Positions 1 to 10,821 of a stretch of DNA of 64,000 nt are shown here, piece after piece. Both the position numbers and the translations under genes were made by a program. The stretch lies in NCBI GenBank assembly GCA_030770535.1, contig JASVEC010000018.1, forward strand, positions 558,001 through 622,000. The letters are read 5' to 3'. The stretch's first letter is position 1. Every line of letters begins with the position of its first letter. The notes below the pieces were generated by a model. That model did not search any database and was not told where the DNA came from. It worked only from the letters and a program-made list of their open reading frames with translations. This DNA comes from Batkoa obscura (lineage: Eukaryota).

Positions 1-404
1 AACAATGCTTTCAATCTTTTGATAGGGATCGTTCAGGTACTATTGATAAACAAGAGTTATCAATGGCTTTACGCACCTTTGGTTATAATTTATCGGAGCG
101 TTTTGTTGGTCTCCTAATTAAAAAATTTGACCGTAAATCAAAAGGCGACATCACCTTTGATAACTTTATTCAAGTAAGAAATTGTTTTTATTGATTTGAT
201 TGCTTTTATAGGATTGTTGCTTATTGTTTTTTATAGGTTTGTGTTACTATTAAAATGTTAACAGACTCTTTCCGTCGTTTCGATACAGATTCGGATGGTG
301 TTATTCAAATTCGTTATGAAGATGTAAATAATTTTACTATTTATTTTAAAGTAATTTTAATTATTATTATTTAGTTCCTCGAATTAGTCATTACTTCCAA
401 ATAA
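1..404 (+). CDS. PEF1: Penta-EF-hand calcium-binding protein (PEF1/ALG-2/PDCD6 family), 3' part; exons <1-173, 237-323, 375-404
   Basis: Manual translation gives ...CFQSFDRDRSGTIDKQEL...KFDRKSKGDITFDNFIQ|VCVTIKMLTDSFRRFDTDSDGVIQIRYED|FLELVITSK*, i.e. EF-hand loops 3-5. Both introns are GT-AG. Confidence 0.88.
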
Positions 405-516
405 ATTCAACAAAAATAATAAAATACTTTAATTCTAATCAAAGCTTATATTTGAAGTTACACTTATTTTATATTAATTATTTTTTTTTAATAATAATAA
501 AACTTTATAAGATAAA

Positions 517-1821
517 TTACAATTTAAGTTTAGGAGTAAAGTAAGGGGTTTCTAGGTTAGAAAGAGGGGCATAATCAGGCGGTGTTTCAAAGTCATCATT
601 AGTTGGTAGTTTAATTATCTTGTTGTAATGTTTATTCTCATTAACTTTCCTATAATAAAAAGCTAAACCCAATCCAACCAGTCCGATGAAAACAATAGTT
701 CCAACAATTCCACCAATCAATGCTTTTTGATAATTTGAATCCACTATTGTTACATTATTATTAGTATTATTTGCTATATCTCTAGTTGGATTATTAAGTG
801 TATTGTTTGTTGAATATACTTTAGTTAATGTATTGATATCTATAATTTGAGTTTGATCCATTCCATCATTCATACCACCACCAAAAGAATGTATGATGAA
901 ATTCTTATAAACAATTGTACATGCCATGGGTCTTAATTGTAAGTTTTCAATTTGTACTTTTTGCCATGTTAATGTTATCAGATTTAATATATAAAGTTCA
1001 TTCTCTTGTTTAAAGCTATCATCGGATGCTATCAAATACATAAAATTGTCGCCAAAAACGGCAGTGTAAGCAGTTGATTTTGGTATATCTCCTGTTAAAT
1101 TATGGTTACTTAAACTAATTGTTTTATCAAATTTTATGATATCAATTGTATCTAATTTCACGCGTTTACCCTCTTTATACCCTCCAACAGAGTAGATGGT
1201 ATTATTAATATAAACTGAATCGGTTCCATATTTATTATTTAAGCTCAATTGTAATTTCATCCAACTTTTTTTTGTAATATTATATTGATATAGGCCATTA
1301 ATTGTCTCCCTTTCCGATTGTTTATTAATTATTATACCACCAAATAAATAAGCAAAATTATTATGCTGTACTAAATTAGGCTGAATAATAGTATGAATAT
1401 CTTGTTGAATACCTGGTAATTTCAAAGACTCTTTATTTAAAATAGTTAAACTCATATTTTTTATATTTAATTCATTAAAGAAACTAATGTTTTTTACGGA
1501 GCCACCAAAACTCAATATTTTGTCTTCATCTTTAGTTAGAATTCGACTTCCATCCCAATCAACTGTTTGATTTATTTTGCTATTTATTTTCTTCCATGGC
1601 GCTTGATTATTGTTTAAATGAATTGGCTGACTTAAATCCAAAGCATATACGTTTTTATTTGATTCCATTTCTTTATTATTATTACTTGTACTACCACCTA
1701 AATAATAAATTTGATTCTTCATTAATATACAATAACCTCTAGACAATGGGACTATTTGTGTGTTAATAATGGCCTGCCATAAAAATAAAAATATATAAAA
1801 TTGAAATTGAATAATCGACAT
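517..1821 (-). CDS. Kelch/galactose-oxidase beta-propeller type I membrane protein, intronless
   Basis: Hydrophobic N-terminal signal peptide; repeated kelch GG motifs (YYLGG, SFGG, YLFGG, SVGG); one C-terminal TM helix (ALIGGIVGTIVFIGLVGLGLAFYY); short cytoplasmic tail containing PPDY. Confidence 0.8.
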   Translation of the reverse strand: MSIIQFQFYIFLFLWQAIINTQIVPLSRGYCILMKNQIYYLGGSTSNNNKEMESNKNVYALDLSQPIHLNNNQAPWKKINSKINQTVDWDGSRILTKDEDKILSFGGSVKNISFFNELNIKNMSLTILNKESLKLPGIQQDIHTIIQPNLVQHNNFAYLFGGIIINKQSERETINGLYQYNITKKSWMKLQLSLNNKYGTDSVYINNTIYSVGGYKEGKRVKLDTIDIIKFDKTISLSNHNLTGDIPKSTAYTAVFGDNFMYLIASDDSFKQENELYILNLITLTWQKVQIENLQLRPMACTIVYKNFIIHSFGGGMNDGMDQTQIIDINTLTKVYSTNNTLNNPTRDIANNTNNNVTIVDSNYQKALIGGIVGTIVFIGLVGLGLAFYYRKVNENKHYNKIIKLPTNDDFETPPDYAPLSNLETPYFTPKLKL

Positions 1822-2776
1822 TATTTAAAACAAACAAAGGATAAGAAAAAAGGAAGCTTTTTAAATTTAAAGAAAACAAAGTTAACAATATTTGAATTTG
1901 AATTCTGTTTTTTAATTTCATAATTTCCATTTTTATTATCTCTTTTTTAATAATAATTTATTAGTGACCTAAAGCCTTAAGAACATCTCCCAATAAAGTT
2001 TAAAAGCCCCAAATACCAAGAAAAATGCCAGAGAATTTATAGTTTATTTTGACTATGGACTTTATAATAGATTAATATATGATATTATTTATGAAATAAT
2101 CTATTTTTAAAAAAATCAGAAATAATGATTGACTAGTAATTATTAGTAAAAGTAATAATATAACTAATATGATAAAATACGTTGTCAGAATCATTATATC
2201 ATATATTTTATTACTAGACCCCATGTCATTATAAAAACTATTTTACAATAACAATTTAATTATATAATAACCACTTTTGATTTATTATCCTATAATAATT
2301 TAATACAGTTCATCTTTTATTATCTCTTTATGAAAATATCTTATTTACTTTTAATAATGTATAAATAAATAAATAGCTTGAATAATAATAATCGTATTAA
2401 TAAACAATATAATTAAATAATTACAATAGAAATAAAGGTATTTTAAATTGAAACCTTAATATATTTGATCCTATTATTTTGGTTAACTCTATAAAAGCAC
2501 TTGATTATTTCATTAATGTTTAAATTTGTACAATTAAATAGTTATAGTTAAAATAGGACATAATACTAAATATTGGTTATAAATATTGTTTTAAATATTT
2601 GACACATGAGTTGATTCAATTGAATGAATCAAAGATTATAACTAACTCCACAATATAATAAATATAATAACATCCGTAATTGATTTTATAATAATTTTAC
2701 TATTATAATAAATATATTATTTCAAACTATCCTAGATTTGTATAAAGCGTTTTAATTAAAATTAAGTAAAAATAGG

Positions 2777-2883
2777 GTATAGGGATATATTTTTGTATTT
2801 AAGAATTTCACTAACAAATTTTCTACTTAAATAGCGCTTAAAAAATGGAAAAAGTAATGAAGTCAAAAAAAATGCTCTCATAT
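2777..2883 (+). mobile_element. MITE family A, copy 1
   Basis: Matches the ~100-bp consensus GGGGATGTATTTTTG...AAGAATTTTACTAACAAATTTTCCACT.AAATAGCGCTTAAAAAATGGAAAAAGTAATGAAGTCAAAAAAA..CTCCC shared with the other copies. Confidence 0.85.
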
Positions 2884-3074
2884 TGTTATGTTAGGAATAT
2901 CCAATGGTCTTTGTTAGTCCATCAAAATTTATACCTTGATTCTCTACTTCCTATTCAACTCTTCTGCCTATCTTCTTATTCTGAAGTTTCACAATTTAAT
3001 GCCTTAAACTATACTATTATTATGACGAATAATCTAGAATAGACGAGTACTGATGGATTAAAGTAGTTTATAAA

Positions 3075-3179
3075 ATATGGGCTCGTTTTTTTTGGCTTCA
3101 TCACTTCCCATCTTTTAAGCGCTATTTGAGTGCAAAAATTGTTAGCAAAATCCTTAAACAAAAAAATACATCTTCATGT
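3075..3179 (-). mobile_element. MITE family A, copy 2 (inverted relative to copy 1)
   Basis: Reverse-complement match (ccatcttttaagcgctatttgagtg...aatacatc). Confidence 0.85.
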
Positions 3180-3776
3180 GTTTTTTGTTATAATGCCATT
3201 GATTACATTATTTTAGTAAATAAATAATGAAACTTTTACTAGGTTATTTTTATAAAATATCTTATTTATTATAATACTATTGGAAGCTTTCAGAAAGATA
3301 TGAGCTCCATTATTATAATAATAGAAATTATACATAGTTTTATTAAGGTAGGTATAAATAAATTACCTTATTAAATTTTAGGTCAAAAATTTAATAGAAA
3401 TTAAAATTTTTAAAAAAATAAAAATTATTGACCAAATTATTTGCTAATTTATTCGATTATTGAAACTAAGTGAGAGTTAAATATTAATATGAGAATAGGA
3501 TTTAATGTTTTTTTTTTGAAAGCTGGTATTAATAAAAACGTTATATATTATCATATAGCTTTAAAAAGAAAGAGGGCTAATTTTAACAATCAAAAGCAGC
3601 GAATGTTAACATTGGCAATATTACATGTACTATATTAGATTAAAGAATAATTTAAAAACTTTAATATAGACAGACATTATAATAACATTAGTTTCATTTT
3701 AATTGAAATAAACTATTATAACTTATAATATTTTTTATGTAAAGGATTTTTATAGTTTTATTATAACTATTAGTGA

Positions 3777-3834
3777 GGTTTAATGGTCTAATGGTATGAC
3801 TATGGAAACAACGAACTCAATCCTTTGTATGACT
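3777..3834 (+). pseudogene. Decayed tRNA-like fragment (A-box half, possible B-box remnant)
   Basis: ggtttaatggtctaatggtatgac aligns with the 5' half of the intact tRNA-Pro at 21229-21300 (GGCTTAGTGGTCTAGTGGTATGAT) by transitions only; no anticodon arm. Confidence 0.45.
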
Positions 3835-4010
3835 AAAGAAGACATGAGATAATACTAATGAGGACAATGTTCAAGTTCTTGTGGTTTGATAGCTTCATAA
3901 AAGCGAATTAGCCTGAAAGTCACATGGCGATGTGTCTTAAATTAGCCTCTTAAGATCTTTTATAAGTTTTAATCTAAGAGCTGGATTAATTTTTGGAACC
4001 CAATGGGCTG
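3820..4010 (+). ncRNA. Candidate Sm-class structured RNA (U4/U4atac-like layout) or SINE body; possibly decayed
   Basis: Starts atcctttgt; stem-loop containing a degenerate kink-turn-like aatga-ggac-aat-gttc-aa; hairpin ctcttaagat/atctaagag directly before the Sm consensus AATTTTTGG (3988-3996); short terminal hairpin. Confidence 0.3.
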
Positions 4011-4048
4011 AAATTTATGCCCTACACTAAACGAAAAGTTTAGTAAAC

Positions 4049-4151
4049 ATTTGGGGATGGATTTTTATGTTTAAGAATTTTACCAACAATTTTCCACTTA
4101 AACAGTACTTAAAAGATGGAAAAAATAATGAAGCCAAAAATATCCTCATTT
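4049..4151 (+). mobile_element. MITE family A, copy 3 (ATTT on both flanks)
   Basis: Consensus match; ATTT at 4049-4052 and 4148-4151. Confidence 0.85.
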
Positions 4152-4334
4152 AATAACATCAATGAACTTATTAAACATTGTAAATGAGATGTTATTAAAT
4201 TCCATACTTCACGCTTAATTGGATTTAAAATGAGCAACTTTATATTTTTTCAATTATATGGCAATAGAAACTATGATAAAAGAGATAAATGAGAAGCTTA
4301 TTTTAGAATTTTTAATCGTTATATTTAGAGATTT

Positions 4335-4440
4335 ATATGGGAGTGTTTTTTTTTACTTCATTATTTTTCCATTTTTTAAGCGCTATTTGAGCGGAAAATT
4401 CGTTAGTAAAATTCTTGAACACAAAAATACATCCCTATAT
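4335..4440 (-). mobile_element. MITE family A, copy 4 (inverted relative to copy 3)
   Basis: Reverse-complement consensus match with ATAT on both flanks. Confidence 0.88.
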
Positions 4441-4761
4441 CTTACATTCTTACATGCCTTAAAAAAATCAATTTATTTAACTTCGATTGTAAATATAGCA
4501 TTTAATAATTCAATATCAATTAATTTTATGTTATTCACCTAATCAATTGTTTTTATTTTATTTTCAGCACTCTATTATATATTTAACAATTTATTCTATT
4601 TCAACATATTAAACTATTTTCAATAAAAATATTCAAAATGTTAACTTTTATTATTCGAACAGCGCACAGGTATTGAAATATACCAATAACCCCTAAAAAC
4701 GAAATCGCACATAACATTATAGAATAAGAAAGAAAAGTACATATATTAAGAAATCTAATTA

Positions 4762-4865
4762 ATATTGGTGATGTTTTTTTGGTTTCATTACTTTTTTCAT
4801 TTTTTAAGTGCTACTTGAGCGGAACGATTATTAGTAAAATTCCTCAAAAAAATACATCCTCATTA
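4762..4865 (-). mobile_element. MITE family A, copy 5 (degenerate)
   Basis: Reverse-complement match with more substitutions (ttttaagtgctacttgagcgg...aatacatcctc). Confidence 0.8.
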
Positions 4866-4988
4866 AAAAGTTAATTTTTATAAATTAACTAAAGATCAAT
4901 TAAATGGATTAGGTTGCTACTAAAGCATAGGAAACTAGCATAAAAGATGTTTATGTATTTATTAATAAACTGAAATAGGTTAGTAAAT

Positions 4989-5052
4989 AGCTTATTGGTG
5001 TGATTCTCACTTTGGGTGTAAGAGGTCTAGGGTTCAATTCTCTATTAAGATC
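4989..5052 (+). pseudogene. tRNA-Pro(TGG) pseudogene
   Basis: tgattctcactttgggtgtaagaggtctagggttcaattctctattaag aligns with the intact tRNA-Pro (TGATTCTCGCTTTGGGTGCGAGAGGTCCAGGGTTCAATTCCCTGCTGAG). The D-arm is disrupted and stems carry mismatches; a T-run follows. Confidence 0.8.
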
Positions 5053-5599
5053 TTTTTTGTTGTCAAACTCTTTTATACGTGACTTTTTATATACATTTTA
5101 CGTTAGTTGCTCTATGTTAGAGTTATGGTACATTGTTTAATATTTTTATGCAATAGATATGATCAAAAAAGTATCAAGTAAATGTATTGAAATTCTAATA
5201 ACAAAAAAGCTATCATTGAACTGTTAATTACTATTGTCTTATGAAATATATATTAATTTTTTTTTAACAGCTTATTTAGTAGTTCATATATTGGTATTTT
5301 TTCATTTTTTTAAATAATTTATACAGTAAACAAAATATACGTTAACGTTTATTTTAAATTATAGTATTTTATTAGTACTAATCTATTTTCTAAAATTAAT
5401 AATATTGATTTTATATTCAAGCTTTAGTAAAAAAATAAAACTAGCTAAATATTGGGAACGAATCAAAAGCGAGTTACCAAAAAAGTCAATTTGTCTGCTA
5501 ACTAGAATCAAATTTCTAGTAAATAAGGGACGAAATATAATTATTGGGAAGAAGTGAACAAATCCTCCTTTTGATATCTCAACAAGTATTTAGTACAAA

Positions 5600-6321
<722 letters not shown>

Positions 6322-7426
6322 ATATTCTTCGATTGGAGTACTTTATCTTTAGTATTTCTTATCGAATACCTAATAAAGGGAAATCTTATTTAAAGTATTT
6401 CAAAGGCTATAAGTTAAAAAAAGCGATATTTAATTTAAGTGTATCAATAGTAGTATATTAGTAAGTTCCTTTTATTTTTATTTTTTCGGAGGAATGTAGG
6501 TTAAGCTAAGTAATTATTACACATTAAGGTCATCACAAGGGACAATAGATTCAACTACGAAGATCAAATCATTAGATATGTTTATTAATAGAAATGTATT
6601 AGTTAAGAGGAAAAAAACATTGAAAGATACAGCAGCAATACTAAAACTTGTTTGACTAAAGGCTCGAGATGTAGCATATGGGAATATTTGTTAATTTTAT
6701 ATTCTATTAACGATACCATTTAGTTTTATTAAATAAGCTTTAGATATTAATATTTAATAAATGATGTATACTACTTATTTTGCTAACTTTAGGTGATAAT
6801 TGTTTCTTTTAAATATAAATAATAGTTAAGTATTTTTTAAATTACGTTTGTTCGATATTATTTGACTGTTCTCGTTATATCGTTTTGATAACGCTTTTTT
6901 ATTACTATTATTTGAAAATAAGTGATAAGATGTTTTGGAGGAAATTTTCAATTTCAGCTCTAATTTATCTCAATAAAATATAGTATTCTCCATAAACCTC
7001 TTGTTAATAAATCTCTTCTCTTTAAACTAAAATACACAAGACGCTTCTATCTTGAATTAAAAAAAGAATTGTCATGTACCATTTTTTTTCATTAAATAAA
7101 CCAACCGGTCATTAGGGGTAAAAATGGTCCTTTATTTTTAAAAAACTAATGAAAATTGCTAAAATTATTATAAAAGCAACATTTTAAATAACTCCGTTTT
7201 TATAAAAAAAGCATTGTTACCAAATCTATTTTACAAATATCAGCCCTGTAGACATTGAAATTAAGCATATTAGACAATATTTGAGTAATTAAATTAGATA
7301 ATTTATACCCTTTCAAAAAGAATTCCAAATTAATAGTAATTGGATTTTGGACCAATAAAATTCAACGTGTGGCTCTAACTTTTTTAAAAAACAACACTTA
7401 ATCTAATCTATAGTTTTATTAAAATA

Positions 7427-10400
7427 ATGGAACTGTTCAACCGATTAAAAAAACAACTAAGCTTAAGTGGTAAGGGGAGTGGAAGATTAAGCTCTAGCGC
7501 GCAATTAGAAAAATTTCATACCTGCTGGACTTTTATTCATGTAAGTTATTATAATATTCTGCTATTTAAATTCCTATTAAACATTAACAACTAATTTCAA
7601 TAGAGTACTTATTTTATTCAAGATCAAAAACCGAATCGAAAAGTACATGTTCAATTAACAGAAATTCCTAGTTATTTAAAATTAATGGTCGATACTTTAG
7701 TACAAGAAGAAATTAAATTAGAAGATGATCAAACTGGAGCTTGTATGGAATATATGTTAAAACATGGGGTGTTAAATATTTTAGTCAATATATCAGAATC
7801 TGATTTTCCATTGGGTATTCGTGGTGAAACTATTCGATTTGTATCTACTTTAGTTAACCTATTAGACGTTAAATTTTTAATTCATTCTCCAATTCATATA
7901 CCCACGTTAAAATTATTGAAACTTTGTATAAAGGAAGATACTGATAACCAAATGGATAAGTTTAATAATTTTTATGTGGATGATTTGATTGATTTATTAT
8001 ATACTCTTTGTTCAAAGATTCACTCTTCTCCTCCTTTATTGAATATCTTTTTTTACGATAAGAAATGGTTAACTACCCCTCAAAAACAAGGAAGTCCATT
8101 AAATAAAGAAGAAATTGCTAATTTAACTGGGGAATATACCAATGATGAAGACATTAAACCAAAGATTATATTAAATGAAAATGATAGCCCACAATATGAA
8201 TGTTTATTATTTTCTTATTTGTTAAGGTTTGTTCATAGAGAAGGGAAATCGGGAGATTATGCAAGAACAGGATTGCTATTTCTAATTGAAGTTGCAGGAG
8301 GTAATTTTAGAGATTATATATTATATCATTCGGACCTTTGTCCTATTTTATCAGCTGGGTTAGGAGCTTTATATTCTCAATTACCACGTAAATTATTAGT
8401 TAAATATGTAGATGAGGATCGAATTCAATTTAAATTAACACGTAGTAAAGAGTTAAATGATGAAGATGGATTAGATGATTTTCAAGTGTCTTCATCCCCT
8501 CAATTTAAAATATTAATTGATTCTTTTTTAAAGACATTAGAATTTTGTCAAGATATTTTACAAAGATGTCCATCAAGAGCTATTTGTATGGCTTTATTAT
8601 CAGATATTAAAAGTGTGTTTTTAGAATCTATTTTATACCACTCAATGATGGAATCAAGTGATTTAGATGGATCTGCTGTTGCTGTTATTTCGTATATTGA
8701 AATTATATTAAGTACACTTAAGGATGGTGAATTAGTAGATTTATTTATTCGATTTCTTATTAATAGTGAAGAAGAAGATATTTTACATAAAGATAAAATG
8801 ACTAATAGTGAAACTAGTTCTATCAAATCATTTAATAGTAATAAAGAAGAAAGAGCAAGAAGAAATACAGAAACTAATAGTATATTATCAGAAAATAGTA
8901 TTCGAGAAATGAAAGCAAATAAAAATAAAGCACATTTAGCTTTTAACTTAAAAGATTTATTATTTAATAATTTACAATCCAAATCAATACCAACTAGTAT
9001 TTCTGCTTTAAAATTATTAAATACAATAATTAACGGACATGCACAGTATTTATTATTATTATTAGGGCAAGAAAATTGTTTACCAGTTACCTTACCACCT
9101 ACTTCAAGAGTATTATCACCAACAATTCCAACTTTTGAAGAAGCAGAAAAAGAAAAAATTCATCATTTTAAACAAAAACCATATACAACTATTAGCAATC
9201 ATCATCAAGAAATTCAATCATATTTTTTATTAATTAATAATATGGATCCAAGATTTAATAAAGACGGCTTTATACCAGGTTATGAACCTTATATAAAACA
9301 AGTAGAATCAATGTATAATAATTATAAATTGTCTAATCATATTCGAAAAGAACAAGCTAAAAGTAAAGGGCATACAAGACAACATACAATATTAATTAAA
9401 AATAATAATAATAATAATAATAATAATACAATTGAATTAGTTAAAGATTATGGGAGACAAGAAAATGATTATTCATTACAGCAGCATCATTTAAAAAGAA
9501 ATGAACCAATATTACAAATTTTATTAGAGTTACTATCTAATTTTTTTAATAATCCATGTGAATTGAATTTAGTATTGTCTAATGTGTTATTTGGTTTGGC
9601 TTGTTGTCCTTATATTAAATTAGACGAATTAGTTTGTTTTCAATTAAATTTGATTAAATATAAACAATCTAAACAAAAATTAAGTCCTGCTCAAACAAAA
9701 TTTAAAAAAGAAAAGAGCAGTGGATTATCAATAACTATTGATACTAATATAACTAAAGAAGATTCTGAAGAAGAAGAAGAAGAAGTTTATGAAGTTAATC
9801 CATTAGAAGGTTTTATTTCAGATTCTGAAGATGATGAAGAAGAAGAAAATAACTTATTAAAAATACAACAAATACCATGTCCACCACCACCTTTATTTGA
9901 TATCTTAAATCAATTAGCACAACAAGTCGATGAATTTCGAATTAAAAATAATAAATTTGATCTTTGGTTAGAAGAACGTCGAAAGCAATTAAACTTATTT
10001 AATTTTGATAAACAAACTTCAGCTATTATGGGAGGTAACTATGATACATTAAATTTACATAATTCCCCATTACAACAACAAGAACACATTGATAAACAAT
10101 CTCAATCAACTACTTCTTTTATTCAGCGTACATTATCATTATCTTATAATCAAAACACAAAAGATTTATCTTCAGTTCAACAAAAACAACAAAATAAACC
10201 CCAAAGGAAATTCTCCTTTTTGGAAGCCATTTCAACTCCCAATCCACCACCTTCTCCTTCAATGCATCATTCATTTACTCAATTATTTCAAAATAAAGAA
10301 TTGGATGTTGAATTTAAAAATCATACAATCTTTTTAGATAATGTACTTATCTTACAAGAATGTATTAAAGAAATATTAGCTGCTATTCAAGTACGAAGAG

Positions 10401-10432
10401 GTTTTGGGATTGATCAAGTACTCTTTTTATAA
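7427..10432 (+). CDS. FHIP/FAM160 (RAI16-like, FTS-Hook-interacting) protein; exons 7427-7540, 7604-10432
   Basis: RAI16-family motifs: EE...TGACMEYML, FSYLLRFVHREGKSGDYARTGLLF, LSAGLGALYSQLP and C-terminal NVLILQECIKEILAAIQVR. The upstream exon splices in frame. Confidence 0.85.
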
Positions 10433-10821
10433 CTCAAATAAATATCAATCTTTTTTTATTCATTTTTACAGTTTATTTTGTTGAGTTTTATACTGTTAGT
10501 TCTATTTTAAATCAACTTATCCTTAGTAATATATATTAAATAAATTACATTGATTTCCTAGCTTAGTCTTTTAACACTTTCCATATATCTTTGTTATGTG
10601 TTTTAATATAGTAAATTACATTGCTTAAATCTAACACGTTGCACTGAATTTGAATCAATCCGATTCTAGTTTAGAATATATTCACCAATCAAACAAACAA
10701 GATCTAGAAACACAACTCAAAAAGCTTTCAAATCTATGAAAAAATCAAAATCAATAAAATTGAGAAAGTACCATCTTTAAAATTTAACTTTCTTTTAATA
10801 ATATTATTAAATTTTAAAAAA

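Noticed and set aside
2845..4542. Short ORFs 2845-3042 and 4258-4542
   Set aside because: They start in or run through MITE copies and have no recognisable protein features.
2777..4865. Repeat-spacer-repeat pattern suggesting a CRISPR-like array
   Set aside because: Repeats are ~100 bp, alternate in orientation, are irregularly spaced and dispersed across the window; eukaryotic context with no cas genes.
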